A program made the translations under genes and the position numbers. Of a stretch of 32,000 nt of DNA, positions 18,234 through 26,427 are shown one piece after another. Origin of the DNA: Escherichia coli O127:H6 (lineage in GTDB: Bacteria > Pseudomonadota > Gammaproteobacteria > Enterobacterales > Enterobacteriaceae); assembly GCF_900149915.1 (NCBI RefSeq), contig NZ_LT827011.1. The stretch is one strand, 5' to 3'. The notes under the pieces were generated by a model. It was not told the origin of the DNA. It ran no database searches and was given only the letters and a program-made list of their open reading frames with translations. Every line of letters starts with the position of its first letter. Position 1 is the first letter of the stretch.

Positions 18234-18559
18234 ACATATATCCTTTTATTTAGAAATTTGACACGTTCCTTTATATTACTATGACGTAACGGTATGCAGC
18301 CGATAAAACAACTGAGCATAAACCAAATAAATCACAGTATAATTTTTGATGCAAGCAAAATAACGCACCAGAAATGCATGTCTGTATTTCCAACTAAAAA
18401 ATCACATAATCAAAATCATTATATAATTATCGAAAAAAAATAATTATAATTTTTATATGCAGAAATTTAATTGTGTATTGAAAAATAATATTTTATTTTA
18501 AACGTCTATAGAGACCTTTTTGCATCAAGAAAAAAAATAACAGCGCAGTAAGTTTCCCC
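18234..18559. promoter_or_regulatory. LEE5 (tir) upstream regulatory region, AT-rich with A/T tracts
   Basis: 326-bp non-coding gap between the map stop and the tir start with extreme AT richness (for example cgaaaaaaaataattataatttttatatgcagaaatttaatt). That the LEE5 promoter is H-NS-silenced and Ler-activated is established knowledge. The exact boxes were not resolved by eye. Confidence 0.55.
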
Positions 18560-19171
18560 CTACAGCCGAGTATCCTGCACATTGTCTGCAATCGCCTTCT
18601 CAGTTAGAGCCTTGATATCACTGATTTTCGCGGTGCTAAAATTCTGTTCAAAGATTTCGCGTGAGACTTGTTCTATCAATTTGGTTTGAGTGTTAAAACG
18701 TGTAATGGGATCCACTCCTTTACCACACTGCTCATCAACTTTCTGATTAAAGTATTTATTGGATTGCAAAAAGTGACTAATTGATGATTGTGCACAGTTC
18801 ATATCGAGAGGCTGTTGTATCGCGCTTTCAACCTCTTTAAAAATGCGACATTTAGTCTCCTTACTAATTGCCGAATTATTACTCATGCAATAGTCATCCA
18901 CAGTTTTGTTTACTGCTCTGGATAGAAAAGTAATCTGCTCTTGCTTGAACCATTGCTGGGTATCACTACTACCAGTTTGTTTGGCTACGGCCTGTAGTAG
19001 CTGGGTAGTCAGTTTGCCATGATTAATCATAAGGTTCGACTGCATAGGTGTGAACCTCATACCACTGGCTGCCATGCCCGCTTGCGTCGCAGCCTTGGTT
19101 ACAGCGGGTCTAAGAGTTTGTGTAACCGCCTGAGCTAACGCTCTACCTACCATTGCCGTTGGACTAAACAT
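18560..19171 (-). CDS. map: T3SS effector Map (WxxxE family Cdc42 GEF mimic, mitochondria-associated protein)
   Basis: 203-aa ORF MFSPTAMVGRALAQAVTQTLRPAV... with a WFKQE (W74xxxE78) motif and a C-terminal TRL PDZ-ligand. Confidence 0.95.
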   Translation of the reverse strand: MFSPTAMVGRALAQAVTQTLRPAVTKAATQAGMAASGMRFTPMQSNLMINHGKLTTQLLQAVAKQTGSSDTQQWFKQEQITFLSRAVNKTVDDYCMSNNSAISKETKCRIFKEVESAIQQPLDMNCAQSSISHFLQSNKYFNQKVDEQCGKGVDPITRFNTQTKLIEQVSREIFEQNFSTAKISDIKALTEKAIADNVQDTRL

Positions 19172-19262
19172 GCTATAAACCTTTATAAATTACATAAAAA
19201 ACATTTACACCTATAAAAATAAAACGAATAAATAAAACTATAATATTATTTTATGATTTTAA

Positions 19263-19290
19263 TTTTCCTCCAGAACTTTTCCTCCAGCAC
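19263..19290. repeat. Tandem 14-bp direct repeat in the map-cesF divergent intergenic region
   Basis: ttttcctccagaac (19263-19276) is followed directly by ttttcctccagcac (19277-19290), a 13/14 match. It lies about 92-119 bp upstream of the map ATG and about 156-183 bp upstream of the cesF ATG. Confidence 0.8.
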
Positions 19291-19445
19291 TATTTATAGG
19301 TGGTTGCACTACATTTATCATATGCTATCATGAATATGCAACATTATTACTTACATGTTATATTTTTTCCTTGTTATTTGTGTAAGAACTCACAAATAAA
19401 TTACCTATGAACACATCAGCGTTATAAGAATGACAGGACTACAAT

Positions 19446-19808
19446 ATGAATGAACAATTTTGCAAAGATCTTGCACATACGTTTGGGATAACATTGGAAG
19501 AGCAAACTGACGCCCTCGCTTTTCACGATAACGATGGTCATGAGTGGATACTTGAGTGCGCACCTCAATCAGAAATTTTGTTTTTTTATTGTTACCTATC
19601 AACCAACGAACCAGATCAAATCAATAAAATATTAGAAATAAACAACAACCGAGAAATGCTTGGTATGTTTTTCTTATCATTAAAAGACGATAAAACTTTC
19701 TTAAACATTGCATTCCCCAAAAATAAAATAGATATAACGGAATTCACTAACTTGATGGAAAACGGATATCTACTAAAAAAAGAAATAATAAAACTACTTT
19801 CACTTTGA
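19446..19808 (+). CDS. cesF: CesF, chaperone for EspF (rorf10)
   Basis: 120-aa ORF MNEQFCKDLAHTFGITLEEQTDALAFHDNDGHEWILECAP... with class I chaperone-like size and acidity. It sits between map and espH on the opposite strand, as in the LEE. Confidence 0.9.
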   Translation: MNEQFCKDLAHTFGITLEEQTDALAFHDNDGHEWILECAPQSEILFFYCYLSTNEPDQINKILEINNNREMLGMFFLSLKDDKTFLNIAFPKNKIDITEFTNLMENGYLLKKEIIKLLSL

Positions 19809-19837
19809 TTTATTTGCTTTTTACTTTGGAAGTGATA

Positions 19838-19873
19838 ATATGGACTGGATGGTGGCATCCATTCAGTCCATAT
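19838..19873 (+). terminator. Strong hairpin downstream of cesF (candidate terminator)
   Basis: 15-bp stem atatggactggatgg (19838-19852) / ccattcagtccatat (19859-19873) with one G-U position and a 6-nt loop, followed by ttcac, which is a weak U-tract. Confidence 0.5.
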
Positions 19874-19955
19874 TTCACAAAAACTACAGTGCTCTATCCT
19901 TGAAATACTAATCATTTCGCCTGCATATTCTTTTCAAAAAAATAATGAAATATCG

Positions 19956-19982
19956 TCCCCAGAACAGAACACATTCTGGGGA
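19956..19982 (-). terminator. Hairpin downstream of espH (candidate LEE3 terminator)
   Basis: Perfect 9-bp stem tccccagaa (19956-19964) / ttctgggga (19974-19982) with a 9-nt loop, 27 nt after the espH stop. On the minus strand it is followed by cgatatttcattattttttt. Confidence 0.5.
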
Positions 19983-20009
19983 GAAAAAGAAAACAGCATA
20001 AAATAATAC

Positions 20010-20516
20010 TTAAACTGTCACACCTGATAAAGAGTTTAATGTAGTATTCTCTGGAGGGTTCACACCTTCTGTAGACTGTACGCGACGTAACAAAGAAGAG
20101 AGCCCTCTTTCAGTTAAAAAGCCTTCCAGTGCAGTGCGAGGAAACCAGGTTGAAGACAGTGGCGTAATGTGTCTCTCATTTAATTTACTTTCCAGGGCCT
20201 TCGTAACGCCTCCATACAAAAAGCTAAATATCCTTGAGAAACATCCACTTTCCTGAGTTATCTTATTTACTTTGTACACATAATTATCTTTATCTTTAAT
20301 GAAGCGGACAGCATAATCTTTTCCACGAAAATTGATAATTGAATAGTCATCAATGCCTGCAAAAACCCGGTGGTGACGCTGCTGCATGCGTGCTTTAAGT
20401 TGCAGTTCATCTACTATATCATCATTCGATATATGAAGAGTTCGGGTCAACTTATTCCATGACGCATGGCTTGTCAAAGAAGTAGTGAATGTTATACCTG
20501 ATAATGATGACGACAT
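20010..20516 (-). CDS. espH: T3SS effector EspH (RhoGEF inhibitor)
   Basis: The ORF track gives 176 aa from 20540. GGGAGG sits 6 nt upstream of the ATG at 20516 (MSSSLSGITFTTSLTSHASWNKL...), which gives the 168 aa I recall. An adjacent ATG at 20519 is also possible. Confidence 0.88.
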   Translation of the reverse strand: MSSSLSGITFTTSLTSHASWNKLTRTLHISNDDIVDELQLKARMQQRHHRVFAGIDDYSIINFRGKDYAVRFIKDKDNYVYKVNKITQESGCFSRIFSFLYGGVTKALESKLNERHITPLSSTWFPRTALEGFLTERGLSSLLRRVQSTEGVNPPENTTLNSLSGVTV

Positions 20517-20546
20517 CATACACCTCCCTATATAACGCATTCCTGA

Positions 20547-21464
20547 TTAATCACATACTACGCTAATAGTAAAATAAAAATCTTCGTTGATTTTTATAAT
20601 ACTCCCGTATGCGATTGTGGTATTATTCCGTACTAACTGGCACCCACCAAAAAGATGATATCCCGTTGAATCGATAATGTCATCTTTTTGGACATTACGC
20701 AACATATGTATATCAATATGCACTGTGCCAATCACACAATAAATGCGATTCATCACAGTCTCGCTGCTGATAGTACATAACGGATCTGCAGCCAGAACAT
20801 CCGTGACAGATAAATTATTATCGCTCAGCTTTACGGTTGCCAAAGGGTTATTAATAACAATCCAGCACCTTCTCTCTTGACTATCATCAACATGATAGAG
20901 TCTCAGACTATCACCAACTCTCAACTCTGTAACTGGATAATCAGTCCACCCAGGTACGATATAGCCATCAAAAAAAAGAGCATTAGAATGTGGAACAAAT
21001 TGCCAATTATCATTAATCAGATGTTGTAAACTTTGTACCGTTGTTTCGAGTATAATTACATTAAGTCTGTTTTCTCCATTATTATTTTCTATTACCGGAT
21101 AAACATCTTTATTTAGCATCGTAAATTGAACATCATCAACTGACACATCACCTTCCGGTAAGGCAGTCTGCATTACCCATAAGATCATGAGTTTTATCAT
21201 ATCTTCCGGTATCAGCCGGCTTTCACTATACGGGAATAACTCTTGGCACCACTGAATGAACTGTTCTTCTGATATCCAGAAACGCCCCTCATAGCCCGAG
21301 TATGTCAACGTGAAACGAATACCATGACCGCTGACCTCACGAAAATATGCATGGCAAGCATGACCTTCGGACGTAATATAGAGGCGACCGGTTCCGATAA
21401 CTGGCAACAACGGCAAATAAAAATCGTTAATTTTCATATTCAATTGTGAACTCAATGGCTTCAT
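20547..21464 (-). CDS. sepQ: T3SS cytoplasmic sorting platform/C-ring protein SepQ (EscQ; YscQ/FliN SpoA family)
   Basis: 305-aa ORF MKPLSSQLNMKINDFYLPLLPVIGTGRLY... with a C-terminal SpoA-like region (VIGTVHIDIHMLRNVQKDDIIDS...GSIIKINEDFYFTI). Confidence 0.93.
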   Translation of the reverse strand: MKPLSSQLNMKINDFYLPLLPVIGTGRLYITSEGHACHAYFREVSGHGIRFTLTYSGYEGRFWISEEQFIQWCQELFPYSESRLIPEDMIKLMILWVMQTALPEGDVSVDDVQFTMLNKDVYPVIENNNGENRLNVIILETTVQSLQHLINDNWQFVPHSNALFFDGYIVPGWTDYPVTELRVGDSLRLYHVDDSQERRCWIVINNPLATVKLSDNNLSVTDVLAADPLCTISSETVMNRIYCVIGTVHIDIHMLRNVQKDDIIDSTGYHLFGGCQLVRNNTTIAYGSIIKINEDFYFTISVVCD

Positions 21465-21843
21465 CAGGAAAGATTTCTTTTAACTTATCGAAAACATAGT
21501 CTTTTTTATGATATAAAAAAACATGATTTCTATTATTTTGGCTTATTTTAATAGACAGATAAATGATTCCGTTACTACATTTAATTGTTAAAACAACTCC
21601 TCGTAATCTTCCACAAAGAATACTAAACGAGTGCTCCCCTTCTTCAAAGTAGCGTCGTCTTCGGCCCGAGGAGTAAAACAATCTCTTCCATAAAGAAGCC
21701 ATTCGTATGAACAACGTATCAGGCGATCTTTTTTTTATATGATAAAAAATATCATTAAAACTTTCTTCTCCTTGCGGCCAATCATCTGATGGCCGAAAAG
21801 AAACAGGCTCTATCAAATTTCTTTTTAGAGAAACTCTAGTCAA
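21427..21843 (-). CDS. escP: Orf16 / EscP, needle-length ruler/substrate-specificity switch protein (YscP-like)
   Basis: 138-codon ORF whose first codon is TTG (complement of 21841-21843). AAGGA lies 8 nt upstream, a stop lies 5 codons upstream in frame, and the next Met is residue 48. It overlaps orf15 by 8 nt and sepQ by 38 nt. Identity rests on its position in LEE3. Confidence 0.8.
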   Translation of the reverse strand: MTRVSLKRNLIEPVSFRPSDDWPQGEESFNDIFYHIKKRSPDTLFIRMASLWKRLFYSSGRRRRYFEEGEHSFSILCGRLRGVVLTIKCSNGIIYLSIKISQNNRNHVFLYHKKDYVFDKLKEIFPDEAIEFTIEYEN

Positions 21844-22213
21844 AGTAATGTTCCTTTATGGCAAAAGATAATTTTTCTACTGATTTATTAACATGTTGCA
21901 GATTCTCTTTTGTTCGTTTTTGTGAATCTAGCAATGAACGCTTTTCCTTCGAAAGTGAAGATTTTTTCTCATACAATCGCTGCTTTTGCTCATCAAATGC
22001 ATTGTTTTTAATCTGATATTTATACAACGACACTTTATCCAAATTCACCAGCGATGCACAATACGCCTGCTTAGAGGCAATCGACTCTTTAATGGATTGC
22101 TCGCAGTCATCGAGTTTACCATCCACCTCTTTTATCTGAGAGTTAATCTTAGCCATTGATTCTCTCAATCGGTTCGCTCTGCTTTTACGAATAGATAAAA
22201 TTCTGTCCAACAT
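21836..22213 (-). CDS. escO: Orf15 / EscO (formerly EscA), stalk protein, FliJ/YscO-like
   Basis: 125-aa highly charged coiled-coil ORF MLDRILSIRKSRANRLRESMAKINSQIKEV... It starts 2 nt after the escN stop, the usual FliI-FliJ type arrangement. Confidence 0.88.
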   Translation of the reverse strand: MLDRILSIRKSRANRLRESMAKINSQIKEVDGKLDDCEQSIKESIASKQAYCASLVNLDKVSLYKYQIKNNAFDEQKQRLYEKKSSLSKEKRSLLDSQKRTKENLQHVNKSVEKLSFAIKEHYFD

Positions 22214-22215
22214 AC

Positions 22216-23556
22216 TCAGGCAACCACTTTGAATAGGCTTTCAATCGTTTTTTCGTAACTACTGATATCTTTGGTGCTTTGTTGTATAAAGTTCTGAATT
22301 AATTTCCTATTTTTTATTGCCTTATCTGCTTCAGGATCTTGCCCCATCGTGTACTCACCAATACGAATAAGCAGCTCAACATTTTTATAAGTTGCAATAA
22401 GCTTTTTGCATTCTGCCGCCGCACGCAAATGCTCCGATGTAACAACGTTATGCATAACACGACTGGCACTTAAACCAATATCAATTGCAGGGAAATGGTT
22501 TTCCTCTGCAAGTTCTCGGGTAAGTACGATGTGCCCATCAAGAATAGAGCGGACTTCATCGCCAATAGGATCATTAACATTATCGCTTTCTAACAACACC
22601 GTATAAATCGCGGTTATTGAACCTTTTGGCGCAGGCCCCGCTCGCTCTAATAATTTGGGTAACGAAGAAAAAACACTCGGAGGGAATCCCCCCCTTACAT
22701 CAGGCTCTCCCGATGCAAGCCCAACATCACGCGCGGCTCGGGCATAACGAGTTACAGAATCCATCATTAATAATACATTTTTACCTTGATCGCGGAAGTA
22801 CTCTGCAATAGTCGTCGCCGTAAATGCGGCTTTCATCCTTTCCAGCGCGGGGCGGTCTGACGTTGTGACGACCAGCACACATTTAGAAAGCGTGGATTGA
22901 GGTAAAAGCGCGAGGAATTCATTTACTTCGCGACCACGTTCGCCGATAAGAGCAAGGACAATAATATCTGCGGATGCGCCATTACAAATCATCCCCAAAA
23001 GCGTACTTTTACCAACGCCTGAACCAGCAAAAATACCGATACGCTGCCCAATACCGCAAGTTAGTAGCCCATCAATTGCCCTGACGCCAAGTATAAATGG
23101 CTGATCAATAACCTGCCTTAATAAAGGATCTGGTGGTTCAGCATACAAGCTGCGTTCAAACGGAAGATAGGGGGCAACAATATTACTCTCCATTGGTCTG
23201 CCTATGCCATCAATAAGCCGCCCAAGTAGTGCGTCTCCAACACGAATCTTGAACTCATCCCCCTGATAACTTAACCACTGACCACAGTACATGCCGGAAA
23301 CATGCTCAAAAGGCAACAAGAAAACCTCATCTTCATCAATAGCGATCACCTCGGCTAAACGTTGACTGGGTTCTATCTTGTAAAAGGCGCCAATACGCGC
23401 TTTTGGTAAACGCGCCTTAATAATCGTCCCGCCGATATTGATAATCTTGCCTTCATATCTGGTAGACGAATTTAATGATAATGCCGGCACAGTGCTATTG
23501 AGCACTTTCTGAATACGTGGGTATTTTTCCAATACAGAATCATGCTCTGAAATCAT
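22216..23556 (-). CDS. escN: T3SS ATPase EscN (FliI/YscN/InvC family)
   Basis: 446-aa ORF with Walker A GSGVGKST and Walker B VLLMMDS. Recognised as EscN. Confidence 0.98.
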   Translation of the reverse strand: MISEHDSVLEKYPRIQKVLNSTVPALSLNSSTRYEGKIINIGGTIIKARLPKARIGAFYKIEPSQRLAEVIAIDEDEVFLLPFEHVSGMYCGQWLSYQGDEFKIRVGDALLGRLIDGIGRPMESNIVAPYLPFERSLYAEPPDPLLRQVIDQPFILGVRAIDGLLTCGIGQRIGIFAGSGVGKSTLLGMICNGASADIIVLALIGERGREVNEFLALLPQSTLSKCVLVVTTSDRPALERMKAAFTATTIAEYFRDQGKNVLLMMDSVTRYARAARDVGLASGEPDVRGGFPPSVFSSLPKLLERAGPAPKGSITAIYTVLLESDNVNDPIGDEVRSILDGHIVLTRELAEENHFPAIDIGLSASRVMHNVVTSEHLRAAAECKKLIATYKNVELLIRIGEYTMGQDPEADKAIKNRKLIQNFIQQSTKDISSYEKTIESLFKVVA

Positions 23557-25567
23557 TTACCGTTCCTAATACTTTAAGTTCGATATTATTCCCAACCTCC
23601 TGAAAAGAGAGCACGGGGACTGACGGGAACGAACCTTCAATCATTTTCTTCACATAGCGCCTGATATCTAAAGCGGTCAGAATGACGCCGTTCCCCGTTG
23701 GATTCATGATATTTTTTAAGAAGCCAATTATCTGCTCAGTTCGCTCCGGTGAGATATTCAGATACGAACCTGATGACGTTTGTCTGATCGACTCTCGTAG
23801 CTCATTTTCAATATCAGAGCCAATAAGCCAAACGTTCAGAAGTGTACCGCTAACGCTATAGCGACCTAAAATATGCCGACGCAGGGCGATACGAACGTAT
23901 TCGCACAAGATAACCACATCCTTTTCTTTTGTTGACCAAAAAATAAGCGTCTCAAAGATAGTTCTCAGATCTCTAATTGAGACATTTTCCTCTACGAGAC
24001 GTTGTAGAATGTCAACAATTTTGCTCAAACCAAGCTGGCGCTGCAGCTCTTTCACAAGCTCGTTATATTTTCTCTCCATGATGTCCATCAAATAACGCGT
24101 TTCTTGTACGCCGATGAACTCTTTGGCATTAGACAATACAAGTTTCTTTAGCAAAAACGTTATCTTATCATTTGTTGTTGCATAAACATCCATACCTGTA
24201 AGGTGAGCGAGTTGTTGATTAGTCTTATTCGTCTTATATACGATAGAGTTAGTCGAAAGCTTTTCCTGGACAAATTCGAATGATATCTCTGCATGCCCAG
24301 CCTCAAAATAGACAGTATCATCTATAAGAGTATCTTTGTATATTGACTCTTGATAGAGCAAAAATTCTATTGCGCTATCATTATTTTTAACCGGATTAAC
24401 AATAATCTTAGGCAATGGAATTCCACTTTCCTCAAAGAAATTCCAACGCATGACCTCAATTTGCTGTGTAATGTCTGAACTATAAATATTACTACTTAAG
24501 TTTAAAATCAATGGCTCAGCGCCCGGTGAGATGTTTTGGCTATTAGACAAATCAGCTCCCATAGCATCCTTATTATTGCCAGCTCCAAATGTTCTTTTCT
24601 TCTGTAATTTCCAGGCTATCCCCAACAGGCAAACCGCCAGAAATAAGAAGACCAATGTAGGAAAGCCCGGAATAATCGCCATTACGAGCATTAGTGCGGC
24701 ACTGATTAAAAAAGGGCGACTATTAACAGAAACCTGTTGAACAATATCACCTGCAAGGTTTTCTTCTTTTTCGCTTTCACCGGGCACACGAGTAACAACC
24801 ACGCCCGCGGTGACAGAAATAATAAGCGCAGGGATCTGGGCAACCAAAGCATCACCGACAGACAATACAGAAAACAGGCTAAGTGCCTCACTAAATGGCA
24901 TGTCAAATTGCCACATACCAATGAGCACGCCACCAAAAAGGTTAACTAAAACAATAATGATACCAGCAATAGCGTCCCCTTTTACAAACTTCATCGCCCC
25001 GTCCATTGAACCATAAAACTGGCTTTCCTTTTGCACTCGGGAGCGAAGAACTTTTGCCTCAAGCGGGTCAATAACGCCTGCGCGCATATCACCATCAATA
25101 CTCATTTGCTTTCCTGGCATACCATCAAGGGAAAAACGAGCACTCACTTCAGCAACACGCTCGGCCCCTTTTGTAATAACCATAAATTGAACAATGGTGA
25201 TAATAGTAAAAATAACCAGGCCAACAACAATATTACCGCCAACAACAAAGTTACCGAAGGAGTAAATAATGTCACCCGCATCGTGATGCAGCAGAATAAG
25301 TCTGGTTGTACTAACACTGAGCGACAGGCGCATCAACGTCGTAATCAACAGGATTGTGGGGAAAGAAGTTAGTTCAAGAGGATTTTTTATATAGATTGAG
25401 AGCATTAATAAAAGTAAAGCTGTCGAAATATTAATCGCGATAATGATATCCACCACAACTGTTGGTAGTGGAATAATCATCATCATTACAGCCATAAAGA
25501 AGAAGAGAGCCAGAATAAGATCGTGATATGACTCTGCTTTTTTAAATATATTTAAGAGTTTATTCAT
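23540..25567 (-). CDS. escV: T3SS export gate protein EscV (FlhA/YscV/InvA, FHIPEP family)
   Basis: 675-aa ORF with an N-terminal polytopic membrane domain containing the FHIPEP-type region (RFSLDGMPGKQMSIDGD...) and a large cytoplasmic C-terminal domain. Its last 17 nt overlap the escN start. Confidence 0.97.
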   Translation of the reverse strand: MNKLLNIFKKAESYHDLILALFFFMAVMMMIIPLPTVVVDIIIAINISTALLLLMLSIYIKNPLELTSFPTILLITTLMRLSLSVSTTRLILLHHDAGDIIYSFGNFVVGGNIVVGLVIFTIITIVQFMVITKGAERVAEVSARFSLDGMPGKQMSIDGDMRAGVIDPLEAKVLRSRVQKESQFYGSMDGAMKFVKGDAIAGIIIVLVNLFGGVLIGMWQFDMPFSEALSLFSVLSVGDALVAQIPALIISVTAGVVVTRVPGESEKEENLAGDIVQQVSVNSRPFLISAALMLVMAIIPGFPTLVFLFLAVCLLGIAWKLQKKRTFGAGNNKDAMGADLSNSQNISPGAEPLILNLSSNIYSSDITQQIEVMRWNFFEESGIPLPKIIVNPVKNNDSAIEFLLYQESIYKDTLIDDTVYFEAGHAEISFEFVQEKLSTNSIVYKTNKTNQQLAHLTGMDVYATTNDKITFLLKKLVLSNAKEFIGVQETRYLMDIMERKYNELVKELQRQLGLSKIVDILQRLVEENVSIRDLRTIFETLIFWSTKEKDVVILCEYVRIALRRHILGRYSVSGTLLNVWLIGSDIENELRESIRQTSSGSYLNISPERTEQIIGFLKNIMNPTGNGVILTALDIRRYVKKMIEGSFPSVPVLSFQEVGNNIELKVLGTVNDFRA

Positions 25568-25917
25568 GATGTCATCCTGCGAACGCGCTCAATAATCTGC
25601 ACATGCTGTTGAAAAGTATTCATTAGAAAAAAAACATCGATATTGGTTAACAAACAACTTAAGCACAATTTATTATCGTAGACAAAAATATGTTCAATCA
25701 CTCCCTGCGTACGCTCAGGAGCAAGGGCACTAAAGAAAGAGAAAAATGCGTTTTCGTTATACTCTAAAGCAAACGTAACAAAAACATTATTATCAATTAT
25801 TTCAATAAAAAAAGAAAACCCATTAAAATCAATTTCAACACGGTTATCAAATAAATAAAAATCATTTCCCAACAATCTTAAAAACTCTTCAACATTTCTT
25901 TTAACTAAAAGATTCAT
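25564..25917 (-). CDS. cesL: Orf12 / CesL, SepL-binding chaperone-like regulator
   Basis: 117-aa ORF MNLLVKRNVEEFLRLLGNDFYLFDNRVEIDF... It is the first gene of LEE3 and shares an ATGA stop/start overlap with escV (25564-25567). Confidence 0.85.
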   Translation of the reverse strand: MNLLVKRNVEEFLRLLGNDFYLFDNRVEIDFNGFSFFIEIIDNNVFVTFALEYNENAFFSFFSALAPERTQGVIEHIFVYDNKLCLSCLLTNIDVFFLMNTFQQHVQIIERVRRMTS

Positions 25918-26101
25918 CTGCAGGCTCTGAAGTAAGTATACGTGTGAATATTATTGCTTGAAAAAGCGTATTGGATAATATATACAGTATATGTACTTTA
26001 TGTACATTGCAACTATTTAAATAATATAATAGTTGCCTATGGGATAATTTGGTTATTTATAACCAGGTAAATGTCTAAATTAGACAAAAGGAGAAAGATC
26101 A
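25918..26101. promoter_or_regulatory. LEE2/LEE3 divergent promoter-regulatory region
   Basis: 184-bp AT-rich gap between the divergent orf12 (minus) and espZ (plus). It contains a TATAAT hexamer (26024-26029) inside a perfect 9-bp inverted repeat gcaactatt (26009-26017) / aatagttgc (26028-36), with TACATT 16 nt upstream. Closely spaced divergent Ler-regulated LEE2 and LEE3 promoters are established knowledge. Confidence 0.6.
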
Positions 26102-26398
26102 ATGGAAGCAGCAAATTTAAGCCCTTCTGGTGCAGTATTACCACTGGCAGCCACAATCAATGGAAATAATCCAGTGGATGAGAAGACAGGGGTGATGCAG
26201 TCAGAAGGTGGAACAAGTCGCAGCGTTAGAATCCTGGGTGGAGTTTTAATAGGTGCAGGTGTTCTAGCCGCTATCGGTACTGGTATCGCAGCAATGTGTG
26301 TTGACGACCCTTCACAAAGATTAGGCTTAGGAATCGCAGCCGGTGTATTAGGTGGCGTAACTACTGTTGCCGGCGGATTAGCGATGAAATATGCCTAA
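26102..26398 (+). CDS. espZ: T3SS effector EspZ (SepZ)
   Basis: 98-aa ORF MEAANLSPSGAVLPLAATINGNNPVDEKTG... with two Gly/Ala-rich TM segments (ILGGVLIGAGVLAAIGTGIAAM; LGIAAGVLGGVTTVAGGLAM) and an AGGAG RBS 8 nt upstream. Confidence 0.92.
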   Translation: MEAANLSPSGAVLPLAATINGNNPVDEKTGVMQSEGGTSRSVRILGGVLIGAGVLAAIGTGIAAMCVDDPSQRLGLGIAAGVLGGVTTVAGGLAMKYA

Positions 26399-26427
26399 TC
26401 ATCGCATCGCATAAAAATAGAGAGGTA

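Noticed and set aside
18234-18559. A specific sigma70 promoter call from TTGCAT and TATACT hexamers on the minus strand near 18340-18360
   Set aside because: The two hexamers are only about 7 nt apart, which is incompatible with a functional -35/-10 spacing. Only a region-level regulatory call was kept.
19405-19915. Minus-strand ORFs 19405-19602 and 19616-19915 opposite cesF
   Set aside because: They are antisense to cesF and run across a 15-bp terminator-like hairpin. They are not part of any described LEE annotation that I recall.
20010-20540. 176-aa EspH ORF starting MRYIGRCMM
   Set aside because: A strong GGGAGG lies inside the extension, correctly spaced for the ATG at 20516 (168 aa). 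The 20540 ATG has almost no spacer after AGGA.
24531-25372. Cluster of 68-113 aa ORFs overlapping escV, mostly antisense on the plus strand with one alternative-frame ORF on the minus strand (24706-24936)
   Set aside because: They lie entirely within the conserved FHIPEP membrane domain coding region, and their composition (N/K/T-rich) reflects out-of-frame reading of an AT-rich hydrophobic gene.
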